Of a stretch of DNA of 64,000 nucleotides, positions 49,744 through 58,655 are shown piece by piece (the first letter of the stretch is position 1; every line of letters starts with the position of its first letter). Source of the DNA: a virus (Duplodnaviria; Caudoviricetes). The translations under genes and the position numbers were made by a program. The stretch covers positions 1-64,000 of the IMG/VR virus record IMGVR_UViG_3300033076_000691, one strand, 5' to 3'. The notes under the pieces are model-generated. The model saw nothing but the letters and a program-made list of their open reading frames with translations. It searched no databases and was not told where the DNA came from.

Positions 49744-50799
49744 TTAAATAACTCTATTACCCATACTTCCTCTATAGTATGGGTTATTTGGTGAATGACT
49801 TTCAAACATATAGTAGTACTTACCGTACTGTGCTTTTCTATTTGCCCACCAAAGTTGTTCCATCTCTTTAAAGTTTGGAGTATTAACCAAACTTAATGCA
49901 TTGTTTCTTGCAGCCTTTAATCTTTGTTCAAGTAACTGCATTCTTTGAGCAACATCTTCACCATTGAGATAAAGATTTTCCATTATCCTTGATTTCAATG
50001 CATATTCATAATACTCATTGAGTAAGTCATGATCTGGAACAAGTAAGTTATCATCATCATCAACAAGTTCACCTTGGTAGTTTAAATATACTTTACCAGT
50101 ATCAAATGTTGTAAACAAGAAGCCACCTTTTATCCAACCTTGATTTGGTGTATTATAATAAAGATTAGGGCAGTCACATTCTATTTCTTGACTAGCCTTC
50201 ATTCTTAATGGAGTTAAGACAGAATAAGTTCTTGTTACTCCAGTATTTAATACTTGAATAAGTTCCCACTTTTCTCCTTTACAATTAACAAATACTCTTG
50301 GCTTAATACAAGTATCACCATAGGGTGCTAAAGGATCATATGCATCAGGAATAACCGTTGGTGTACAAGTTGTAGGGCAGGTGTGATCTGGACATGCTGC
50401 AGTATGATTACATGGGTTAGCATTACATACTCTGCAGTTAACTGTTTCCGGTGCACATATATCTACAGTACTAGGTACTTCGGAATATGGTACTTCTTGA
50501 ATATTGGTTCCAGATGCATAACCATCATAACCAACACTTTCTGTATAGTGACCACATATAAAAGCGTAGTTAAATGTATAGAAATCATCTGGTAGTTTTA
50601 CTTTACCATGACAAACATCTAATACAACTTCCTTTGTTTGATTGATTCTTAAACCTAAATCATAGTTAATTTTTTTTACTAACTTAATTAACTGTTGAGG
50701 TTCAATCATGTTCTCTAAAGCAAAAGTATTTAGATCAACAGTAACATCTTCCAATAACTGGTCAAACGTTCTATATTTTAAAGTATAATTAAAGTCCAT
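49744..50799 (-). CDS. Tail ring / tubular protein with Cys-rich insertion
   Basis: GKVKLPDDF and GKVYLNYQG...LLVPD motifs and position directly upstream of the muzzle. Internal CRVCNANPCNHTAACPDHTCPTTC segment. Confidence 0.6.
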   Translation of the reverse strand: MDFNYTLKYRTFDQLLEDVTVDLNTFALENMIEPQQLIKLVKKINYDLGLRINQTKEVVLDVCHGKVKLPDDFYTFNYAFICGHYTESVGYDGYASGTNIQEVPYSEVPSTVDICAPETVNCRVCNANPCNHTAACPDHTCPTTCTPTVIPDAYDPLAPYGDTCIKPRVFVNCKGEKWELIQVLNTGVTRTYSVLTPLRMKASQEIECDCPNLYYNTPNQGWIKGGFLFTTFDTGKVYLNYQGELVDDDDNLLVPDHDLLNEYYEYALKSRIMENLYLNGEDVAQRMQLLEQRLKAARNNALSLVNTPNFKEMEQLWWANRKAQYGKYYYMFESHSPNNPYYRGSMGNRVI

Positions 50800-51461
50800 T
50801 ATCTAACTACATTTTGACTATCATCAGGACCATCTGTAGGAACTTGCATAGCCATGGTTAATTCTTTTACAACAAACTGCTCTATTTCAGAAAACAAATA
50901 CTCTGGAAAAGCTAAAGGTTGATCTTGCCTAACTAAACAATCATCAGTTGAACATGTATCAGCTTGTCCTTCAAAAATAGCTTCCATTCTTACAGCCTCC
51001 CAATCAATATTTGGAGAATATAAGTAACCGTTAAGATACCAGAAGTATTTTCTTTTATTGTATTTAAATGTTGTAGTTTTAGTCATAGAGACCCAAGTAC
51101 CTGGATCTGTACGGAACATTTCAATAGAACCATCTATTGAAGATACTGTACGTATAATAGGACCCATTGCTCCATCAAAAATAGTTGGAAGCTTTTCTTT
51201 TGATCTTTTAAAGTAACAGCCAGAGTATACACCTACACATCCAGCCTCTACTTTATCTACATCAATAAGTTCAATATAGGGAAGCACTTGAAAGATTGAA
51301 CTAATCTTCATTAACCTAAATTGATTATCCTCTCTCTTTAAAAGAGTTTGGCCATATTTAGTTATAGAATAATAAATAGTTCTGTCTGTAAGAAATGCAT
51401 CTTCCTTTACAGCTTTAAGGGTATTTCTTACTCTTGATATAGCTTCTCCTATTGTTGTCAT
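50799..51461 (-). CDS. Tail ring protein (crAss-like)
   Basis: 220 aa with TIGEAISRVR start, RSKEKLP and YFWYLNGYLY. Synteny. Overlapping stop/start codons with both neighbours. Confidence 0.55.
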   Translation of the reverse strand: MTTIGEAISRVRNTLKAVKEDAFLTDRTIYYSITKYGQTLLKREDNQFRLMKISSIFQVLPYIELIDVDKVEAGCVGVYSGCYFKRSKEKLPTIFDGAMGPIIRTVSSIDGSIEMFRTDPGTWVSMTKTTTFKYNKRKYFWYLNGYLYSPNIDWEAVRMEAIFEGQADTCSTDDCLVRQDQPLAFPEYLFSEIEQFVVKELTMAMQVPTDGPDDSQNVVR

Positions 51462-52039
51462 ATATCAAATTCATTATAGCTTTTCAAAGCATTGTTACTA
51501 ACTTTTGTAAGGTAATCTTTATAAACAGCACTATTATAAACTTTATCAATTTTTGCCTTTGATACTACTTGTAAATACATATTCCAGTTTTCTGGATAAG
51601 ATTTAGCAACAGCTCTTTTAAATTCCCTACATGCAGTAAACCCCCAAAATTCTCTATTCTTCATCTTATGTTTTGGAGCATAGTTTGTAAAAAATATTTT
51701 GGCTAACTTACCATCTGTTTCCCAATTTTTATTTGTTACTTTTACTCCATACTTTTTAGACTTGGCATAATCAATATTGTCTTTCTTACTTTGTTGACAA
51801 GTACCAATGAATAACCAACCTATTTGTTCAGGCAATTGAACACCATCTCTTGTATCAATAACTTTATGATATAACACTTGATTGAATCTCTTTACTATCT
51901 TTCTAAGCATTTTATCTTCTAAGTGTTTATACTTAGGATGTGTTTTTTTAAAATTATCAAAGAACTCTTTGTTTAAAATAGTGCTAACCTCTGGTCTATA
52001 CCTAGAAGCTTTTATGTCAGGTTTATTAAATTCCTTCAT
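51458..52039 (-). CDS. HU/IHF-like basic DNA-binding protein
   Basis: Basic protein with a helix followed by GVQLPEQIGWLFI and a distal FTACREFKR. Position matches the IHF-like gene of crAss-like tail modules. Confidence 0.5.
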   Translation of the reverse strand: MKEFNKPDIKASRYRPEVSTILNKEFFDNFKKTHPKYKHLEDKMLRKIVKRFNQVLYHKVIDTRDGVQLPEQIGWLFIGTCQQSKKDNIDYAKSKKYGVKVTNKNWETDGKLAKIFFTNYAPKHKMKNREFWGFTACREFKRAVAKSYPENWNMYLQVVSKAKIDKVYNSAVYKDYLTKVSNNALKSYNEFDI

Positions 52040-52040
52040 A

Positions 52041-52069
52041 TTAATATACTAAAAATATATGACTTAAAC
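52041..52069 (-). promoter_or_regulatory. Putative phage late-promoter motif
   Basis: Minus strand GTTTA-N14-AGTATATT just downstream of a terminator and 3 nt before the ATG at 52039. Confidence 0.55.
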
Positions 52070-52080
52070 AAATGTAATCA

Positions 52081-52111
52081 AAAAACAAAACCCCGCAAGT
52101 GCGGGGCTTTG
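52081..52111 (-). terminator. Rho-independent terminator
   Basis: ccccgc-aagt-gcgggg stem with an A-run on the left (U-tail on the minus strand), downstream of the ORF ending at 52148. Confidence 0.85.
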
Positions 52112-52147
52112 TCTTTGTTGTCACAGAAACCAACAAACTGTAACTTC

Positions 52148-52384
52148 TTATAATTGACAAAAATATGCTGCTAAAGCTTGTAGAGCATCATTGATATTAG
52201 TATTAGTAGGTACAATTACATTTTGACCACACATAATATCTGGTCCAGTATAAATTGTACACTGTGAATCAGTAACTGTATAACACGGTTCAGGAGTTGG
52301 ACATCCTGCTGGTGTAGGACATGGTGCAGGACTAGTTAAAAAACTATCCTCACACCCACAATTTGAACATTTTGTTGTTGACAT
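52148..52384 (-). CDS. Small Cys-rich protein, paralogous to the N-terminus of the adjacent fibre-like protein
   Basis: SQCTIYTGPDIMC...NINDALQALAAYFC aligns with SNCVIWQGPDIPC...TISDVVFKLATELC. Confidence 0.65.
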   Translation of the reverse strand: MSTTKCSNCGCEDSFLTSPAPCPTPAGCPTPEPCYTVTDSQCTIYTGPDIMCGQNVIVPTNTNINDALQALAAYFCQL

Positions 52385-52395
52385 GACTTATATTA

Positions 52396-54057
52396 TTAAG
52401 AACAAGTTGTTGAAAAACCTGTTTCAGTATTACATGGATCTAAGTATGCAATCATACCATCTAGACTAAATTCAAATCCACCAATTTGATCAGCTTGTGA
52501 AGCATCACAACTAAAATCCCATGTAGCTGCAAAAGCATCTGATACTAATGGAAAGTTAGCACTTGATGGAGCATTTTGAATGTCTGATGCTGCTGCAATA
52601 TAATTTGGTAAGTTTTCACCTATTCTAGTATTTGAAGTTAAAAATCTAAATGGACTATTACCAAATAAAGTAGTTGGTGCATTACCGTCTTCAATATCAT
52701 CTACTGTTTGAAGTTCTAATTGTTTATTTGCAGTAATAAAAATATTCACTACACTAGATAGTGCTGTACCATAACTTCCTTTTACAGTAAGTTGTCTTGC
52801 AATTACTTGTAAACCAGATCTATATAGTGCATCAAAATTACCAGTTGTTATAGAAGAAGGAACTACAGAAGCTCCATTATTAAATTGTATTCCACCTGCA
52901 CCAATAATAGTGCAACCACCGGTACCACTCCATGTTGTACAACCTTGTATTCCATTGTATGCATTTTGTGAAGTAAGAGGCACCACACTTCCGGGAGATG
53001 CTGGATTTTCAAGAGGAATATATACATTACCTCTAAAATGAACTTGATTACCAATTCTTCTACATTGCGGTTTAGTTACTCCAGAGTAATAAGCAAAACC
53101 ATCAAGATCAACCCAACCACTATCTGTAATGTTTGCAGTAATTACATTTGCAGTTTCAGTTAAATTTACAGTAGATGTATTTTGTACAGAAACTGAAGAT
53201 GTTTTTGAATAGTTATAAATATCACAAATTGCAATCCATAAATTATTAATAGTATCAGCAACTGTAACTGGACTATCTTGCCATGTTCCAAATCCTGTAT
53301 AAGGACCATATGCTGAACTAAAAGTTTGACCTGTATTTGCTAATGAAGAATCTGAACCTACAATACATTGTGTTGCAACAGCTGCTAGTAAATCAGCAGG
53401 TAAATCAGTTGCACCTACTAATGCACAATAACCTATTGTGGCATTATTAAGTAATGTATTTAAAACTAAATCAATTGTAGCTGAACTAGCAGAAGACATA
53501 TATGATGCCAAACAACCAGTACTAATACTTGGTAAAGTAAATGATGGTGCTGGAGCTGATTCTAATGCTGTTACTCTTATATCTAAATTGGTAAGGTTGT
53601 TATTAATAACTGAAATTTGTGAAATAAGAGAACATACTTTTTCTCCAATTGCTTGAGCATATTCTGATACAGTCATTACTGTTACACCTCCTACTACAAA
53701 ACAAGAAGCTACTGTTACTAGCTGATCACTTTTTGTAGTATTAACAACAGGGCTTGTTGCTGGATCAGATACATTAGTTATTTCTGTTTGTAATGCACAG
53801 ATTCTATCAATTAAAAATTGTATAAGTGCTTGAAAATCATTTGGTCCACAAGCAGTTAGATTGAAACATGTAAGATCATAGTTAGTTACATTTAATGTAT
53901 CTAACACAGTACACAATTCTGTTGCTAGTTTAAAAACAACATCTGAAATTGTATCACCTGTACATAGTTTAATGCAAGGAATGTCTGGTCCTTGCCAAAT
54001 CACACAATTAGATGAGATTGGGCTACAAGGTGAGTTATCATAATTTAGTGGCTTCAT
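52396..54057 (-). CDS. Putative tail/head fibre protein
   Basis: Cys-rich N-terminus, heptad coiled coil (NNLTNLDIRVTALE) and a C-terminal DSGWVDL...CRRIGNQVHFRG motif typical of fibre tip domains. Confidence 0.6.
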   Translation of the reverse strand: MKPLNYDNSPCSPISSNCVIWQGPDIPCIKLCTGDTISDVVFKLATELCTVLDTLNVTNYDLTCFNLTACGPNDFQALIQFLIDRICALQTEITNVSDPATSPVVNTTKSDQLVTVASCFVVGGVTVMTVSEYAQAIGEKVCSLISQISVINNNLTNLDIRVTALESAPAPSFTLPSISTGCLASYMSSASSATIDLVLNTLLNNATIGYCALVGATDLPADLLAAVATQCIVGSDSSLANTGQTFSSAYGPYTGFGTWQDSPVTVADTINNLWIAICDIYNYSKTSSVSVQNTSTVNLTETANVITANITDSGWVDLDGFAYYSGVTKPQCRRIGNQVHFRGNVYIPLENPASPGSVVPLTSQNAYNGIQGCTTWSGTGGCTIIGAGGIQFNNGASVVPSSITTGNFDALYRSGLQVIARQLTVKGSYGTALSSVVNIFITANKQLELQTVDDIEDGNAPTTLFGNSPFRFLTSNTRIGENLPNYIAAASDIQNAPSSANFPLVSDAFAATWDFSCDASQADQIGGFEFSLDGMIAYLDPCNTETGFSTTCS

Positions 54058-54068
54058 ATTTCTTCTAT

Positions 54069-54086
54069 TACTATAATATACAAAAA
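54069..54086 (-). promoter_or_regulatory. Putative phage late-promoter motif
   Basis: Minus strand TTTTTGTATATTATAGTA. The 13-mer tactataatatac (54069-54081) is identical to 58161-58173. Confidence 0.55.
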
Positions 54087-54090
54087 TTAA

Positions 54091-56007
54091 TTAAGACTGG
54101 CAAGTTCTACCGGTACTGCTGCAACCACAATCACCACCACATGATCCACTACAACCACATCCTGTATTACATCCACATGATGGAGTAGCACACACATAGT
54201 CTGGATTAACAAGAGCTTGTAAGTCTATTAGTTCTTTTTTAATAATGTACTGTTGGTCTTCTTCAGGGCAACAGTTAGTGATTCCATATCTAAGTTCAAG
54301 AACTTGTTTATAAAGTGCTTCTGCTGCTTTACAAGATATTTCTTCATATTTCCAAGTACTGCAATGTGGAGTATTATATCCTGGTTTTAATGATCTTTTT
54401 GGATATACAGGAGGAGGACATACTCCATCAACACAATTACCAAAATATTCTACATAGTCTGTATCAAATGAAGTTAACCAATGAGTTAAACAGATTCTAT
54501 CTGATCTTTCACCAGCTCCTATTGTAATTAACTGTACTTCTCCTGTACAATCTACATATCTATACTCATGTGATACATCATCATGATTTTTAATTCTTGA
54601 ACATACACATGGAAAACTTGTAAGACATTCTAAACAAGTTTCAAACTGACCAGATATATTTCCAATGTTTCCAGAATTAATACTTGTTGATGCTACTTCA
54701 ACTTTCCAACAAGTTGTTGGACACCAATCTAAAGTTATTACTAAATTAAGATATGTAGAAAGATCAGTATTTGTAATTGCTACATTACTAGAGTTTGTAC
54801 AATCAGTGAGTACATAGTAAATTGATTTACAAGCTTCACAATCATCAAAAGCTTCTGTAATTACAACAGGTGTGTCAGATGGAATATCTCCATTTACTTC
54901 TTCTATAATCCAGCATCCAGGACAGTCCGGTTCTCTTTGAATCACTTGTCCTACATAATCACTAAGATCTGATGATGTATAAACAATGGTTCCTAAATCA
55001 TCACAGTTAGTAAGTTTATAGTTTGGATTTGGATGACATGTTTCACAACTATCATATGCTTGTAATACTACAACATCAATAGCACAGTCACATGAAACAA
55101 CATTAGAAACTGTCCAACAGTTTGCATATCCTTCAATAATTATTGTTTGTCCTAAAGTTGCATATGGTGAAAGTGAATCTGCTGTTGTATAAATATTCTC
55201 TCTTATACCATCACAGTCAATAAGTTCATAACATTCAGAAGGACACTGACCATCTATACAGTCACCTTGTGATGTAATAATAAGATTAGGACCGGCTCCT
55301 GGACTTGTAAAAGGATATACTTGTGAACATCCTTTCCAGTAACCATCAACCATTGTATTAACTTCATTACCATCACAATCAATATAACTAAGTTTAGCTG
55401 TACCAATAATTTCATAGCATGTACAATCACATGAACATGGTATATCACCATCTACTACAACTTCAACTGCATTATTACAATCATTTGCTTCTACTATATA
55501 AAAACAGAAAAATCCAAAATCTGCATCTACTTCTATTTGAGCAAATCCATTAACATATGCTGAAAGATCTGTTGATGTAGTAATAGGAGGATATTGTCCT
55601 GTACAAGAATAAATTGTATAACACTGAGGTGTACATGATGGACATGTAATTACCTCACTACCACATGGAGTTTCTGCATTAGTTGTAGAATCCCATGTAT
55701 AGTTGTTTGTTGTATTTGTAGGAACTATTTGTAAATTACCATAATTAGTTCCATTAATACCACTTGGGTCTCCAGCTACTCCTCTAAATATTCTATAACA
55801 TTGATTTGTTAAAGGTGTATAACTATCAGTTAATGGATCATAACCAATTGCAGCCGGACCTTCATATATATTAATACCTTCATTAGGAGCTACTGTAGTT
55901 CCATCAAATTTAAAGTATAAAATATTTCCACCACAGCATGGTTCAAAACCAAAATAGGTTAATGAAAATGGTGGTGGTGGAGGAGGTGGTGGCGGTGGAT
56001 ATGACAT
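54091..56007 (-). CDS. Cys-rich repeat structural protein (possible tail hub/fibre-attachment protein)
   Basis: N-terminal P10, roughly 55 Cys in 638 aa, four ~65-aa repeats, C-terminal helical domain and CGC-rich tail. Function inferred from synteny only. Confidence 0.5.
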   Translation of the reverse strand: MSYPPPPPPPPPPFSLTYFGFEPCCGGNILYFKFDGTTVAPNEGINIYEGPAAIGYDPLTDSYTPLTNQCYRIFRGVAGDPSGINGTNYGNLQIVPTNTTNNYTWDSTTNAETPCGSEVITCPSCTPQCYTIYSCTGQYPPITTSTDLSAYVNGFAQIEVDADFGFFCFYIVEANDCNNAVEVVVDGDIPCSCDCTCYEIIGTAKLSYIDCDGNEVNTMVDGYWKGCSQVYPFTSPGAGPNLIITSQGDCIDGQCPSECYELIDCDGIRENIYTTADSLSPYATLGQTIIIEGYANCWTVSNVVSCDCAIDVVVLQAYDSCETCHPNPNYKLTNCDDLGTIVYTSSDLSDYVGQVIQREPDCPGCWIIEEVNGDIPSDTPVVITEAFDDCEACKSIYYVLTDCTNSSNVAITNTDLSTYLNLVITLDWCPTTCWKVEVASTSINSGNIGNISGQFETCLECLTSFPCVCSRIKNHDDVSHEYRYVDCTGEVQLITIGAGERSDRICLTHWLTSFDTDYVEYFGNCVDGVCPPPVYPKRSLKPGYNTPHCSTWKYEEISCKAAEALYKQVLELRYGITNCCPEEDQQYIIKKELIDLQALVNPDYVCATPSCGCNTGCGCSGSCGGDCGCSSTGRTCQS

Positions 56008-56014
56008 TACTTAG

Positions 56015-56197
56015 TTATTTATATCTATCTTTTCCCCAAACTGTATTTGTTTGAGTTGGTGCTATTACAGTTTTTGTTTGTTTTAATTTAGCCTCATAAG
56101 AGGTTTGACATTTTGTACATACTGACTTTCCATCTGATGCTGTTCTTTTCTGACATCCACATGAAAGGTTTGATTTGCAATTTGAACACATTGCCAT
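56015..56197 (-). CDS. Small zinc-finger-like protein
   Basis: CSNC...CGC...CTKC in 60 aa. Fills the gap between flanking co-oriented genes. Confidence 0.6.
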   Translation of the reverse strand: MAMCSNCKSNLSCGCQKRTASDGKSVCTKCQTSYEAKLKQTKTVIAPTQTNTVWGKDRYK

Positions 56198-56218
56198 AAT
56201 TAGTTGGTTTTTAAGGGT

Positions 56219-56761
56219 TTAACAATTAATACAATCCATTTTATTAAGTAACTTCCAAGCATAATTATAGAGAGTCATTCCTTTCTGAGGCTCATGACAA
56301 AACTCTACTTTAGACTTAGCAGCTTCTAAATACATTTTGATAAGATTAAGTTGCTCAAGTTTTTGTTTAATCTTAAATGGCGGATCACAATCTGCCACAT
56401 CTAATCTACAAAGAATATTGTAGTATCTGTTTAATGCTTTAGTAATTCTCATATGATTGTATTCTACATACACGACATCATTAGGAGAAACACTGTATTT
56501 AATAATATAAATTCCATCTGGAATATCTACATACTCTGTACCACAGTTTTCTGTTTGGAGATTAAGATCACAAGCTGTGATATTCATAATGAATCCAGCA
56601 GATACATCCATTTGTACTGAATACTGGAATCCCGGTACTGTGACATTTAATGTCTCACATACCACAGGAATAAGATCAGTATAAACACTAGTATCCATAA
56701 CTGTAAGGATACAAGGATTCATTACTGTAGGTACTTCTAAACTTAATACGTGATTAGCCAT
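56219..56761 (-). CDS. Putative tail hub/structural protein (180 aa)
   Basis: IPDGIYIIKYSV motif and C-terminal CINC. Position after the auxiliary capsid-like gene. Confidence 0.45.
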   Translation of the reverse strand: MANHVLSLEVPTVMNPCILTVMDTSVYTDLIPVVCETLNVTVPGFQYSVQMDVSAGFIMNITACDLNLQTENCGTEYVDIPDGIYIIKYSVSPNDVVYVEYNHMRITKALNRYYNILCRLDVADCDPPFKIKQKLEQLNLIKMYLEAAKSKVEFCHEPQKGMTLYNYAWKLLNKMDCINC

Positions 56762-56772
56762 AGGAATTTAAT

Positions 56773-56811
56773 AAAAAAAGGGAAGAGGAGTCTAAGCTCT
56801 CTCTCCCCTTT
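56773..56811 (-). terminator. Rho-independent terminator (imperfect stem)
   Basis: aaagggaagaggag...ctctctctccccttt with an A-run on the left, downstream of the 432-aa gene. Confidence 0.65.
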
Positions 56812-56833
56812 CTAGTTATTACTTTTTAAATAA

Positions 56834-58132
56834 TTAGTCCGCTGAAATTGGAACAAGTGGTACACAGTTAGTTAATCCTTCATAAGGATCCGCTGTAACA
56901 TTACAATCTGATGCACATGCTGCTAACCAATCAGCAAGATAACCAAATAAGTTATTTGCAATTGTATTACCACCTGCAGTTTGATCAGAATAGAATACTA
57001 ACAAATATTGATCGTTATCAAATACACCAGTTGGGTTATTGAAACGTGGAACATTGTGTTGTAAGTAAACTGCATTGTACAAGTGAGTTCTATCAATTAC
57101 ATCCAAGATTTGGTTACCTTGAGTAATTTCACGAATACGTAGGTCAGTAGCAAAGAATGATTGTCTGTAAGATTCTGACAAGATCATTTCACGTACAACT
57201 GATTCACCAAGACCATTTGGTTGAAGACCCAAACACTCATTAACTACACAGATACCTGTAAATGTACATGGATCACCGTTAAGGTCAACTTCAGATGCGT
57301 AAATTCTTACTGGCTCTTTTTCATAGAAGTCAGAAACTTGGAATGTACAATCACCAAATTTAGTATCTACATAAGCACCATTAAGCACAAGACCTGCACA
57401 TTCACCATCTGTGTGTCCTGGAGATACATAGTCATCCCAAGTACCACCAATTGTATATCCTGCAGGAGCAACATAACCAGTTGTATCAGTTCCTGGAGCA
57501 TACCACAAAGACAAGTCTTCAGCTACAACTACTGGAAGGATAAATGGAGAGATGATAGGTGAATTAACAATACCTTCAGCCCACTTGATCATTACTTCAG
57601 TTGAGTCAACTGCTACAGGAGCAATTGAACCTTCTGGACAACAACCAGTGTAAGCATCAACAGTAAGGTATGCATTGTGATCTAACAATCTCAAAGCAGG
57701 TGAACCTTTAACATCAATACGTAAGTAGTATGTTTCACCACATAAAAATTCTTTACAACAATTTGCAGAAGCTTCAGCTACAGTATATGGAGTAGAACCT
57801 ACGTTTACTACCATTGCTTGTGGAGCATTAGCAATTACTTCATAAAGATTAGAAACATACTTTGCATTGATTTCTTTAGACTTGTTTGATTCAAGGTAAC
57901 CTCCGTGGAATTTACCAATTTTATCATTTTGATAAAGTGAACCATTAGCAATTACAATGTTGCAGCAGTTGTCTGCAAGATCTCCCCAAGCAATACCTTG
58001 CCAAGTTTTTGCATTAAATACTGCTAACTCTCCAACAGTTAATGGAGCAGTAATTGGATTTAGTTGACCACTATAATTAGTTAGTGTGTCAACATAGAAG
58101 CTTTTTTGAAAAGCATGATTAAAATAAGCCAT
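56834..58132 (-). CDS. Putative auxiliary capsid / abundant structural protein (432 aa)
   Basis: Has its own promoter-like motif and terminator. By eye, codon use resembles the MCP gene (more C-ending codons and CGT). Synteny with the crAss-like auxiliary capsid gene. Confidence 0.5.
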   Translation of the reverse strand: MAYFNHAFQKSFYVDTLTNYSGQLNPITAPLTVGELAVFNAKTWQGIAWGDLADNCCNIVIANGSLYQNDKIGKFHGGYLESNKSKEINAKYVSNLYEVIANAPQAMVVNVGSTPYTVAEASANCCKEFLCGETYYLRIDVKGSPALRLLDHNAYLTVDAYTGCCPEGSIAPVAVDSTEVMIKWAEGIVNSPIISPFILPVVVAEDLSLWYAPGTDTTGYVAPAGYTIGGTWDDYVSPGHTDGECAGLVLNGAYVDTKFGDCTFQVSDFYEKEPVRIYASEVDLNGDPCTFTGICVVNECLGLQPNGLGESVVREMILSESYRQSFFATDLRIREITQGNQILDVIDRTHLYNAVYLQHNVPRFNNPTGVFDNDQYLLVFYSDQTAGGNTIANNLFGYLADWLAACASDCNVTADPYEGLTNCVPLVPISAD

Positions 58133-58160
58133 TTTTTCTAAGTTTTAATTTATAAATATA

Positions 58161-58192
58161 TACTATAATATACTAAAAGTTTTTGAATAAAC
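58161..58192 (-). promoter_or_regulatory. Putative phage late-promoter motif
   Basis: Minus strand GTTTA-N13-AGTATATTATAGTA upstream of the ATG at 58132. Confidence 0.6.
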
Positions 58193-58196
58193 AAAA

Positions 58197-58649
58197 TTAT
58201 TTCAAGAACTTTAGTTTGTACTTAGCAGAGTTAAGTGTAGACTTAACTGTATCAAGATCATTTACAATTTCTGAATAAGGCATTTTTGCTTGTAATGCAT
58301 TTACCATATTTGTAAGATCTCTAAGATATACTAATGCATCTTCTACTGTATCTAATGTTCTTGCACCTACTTCAGAGTATGTAAGTAATTTTTCTGATGC
58401 ACCTTGATATCCTTCTGCAAGATCATCTGCATGTCCAGGCATTGCATCATACAATTCATTCAATGCTTTGTGTGCAGCATAAGATCCAATACCTGTAATC
58501 TTAAGATGTAGTTTGTGAAAACTTGTTCCTGCATTCATTAACTCTGATACACAAGCAGCTGTCATTGTATCACAGTTTGCTGATGATCCAGCTGTTGCAT
58601 AACTTGCAACAGGTCCAGCATCTCTTTTTAACATTCTTTTTGTTTCCAT
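58197..58649 (-). CDS. Ferritin/Dps-like four-helix bundle protein (DUF5856-like)
   Basis: HKLHL...SYAAHKALNELYD...DDLAEGYQG matches the Dps-type H...H..L.ELY.....D.LAE pattern. Confidence 0.75.
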   Translation of the reverse strand: METKRMLKRDAGPVASYATAGSSANCDTMTAACVSELMNAGTSFHKLHLKITGIGSYAAHKALNELYDAMPGHADDLAEGYQGASEKLLTYSEVGARTLDTVEDALVYLRDLTNMVNALQAKMPYSEIVNDLDTVKSTLNSAKYKLKFLK

Positions 58650-58655
58650 TTTTTA

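Noticed and set aside
49740-49805. Track start (49805) of the 1869-aa muzzle ORF
   Set aside because: It overlaps the upstream gene by 62 nt. The ATG at 49739, 4 nt past the upstream stop, is more plausible.
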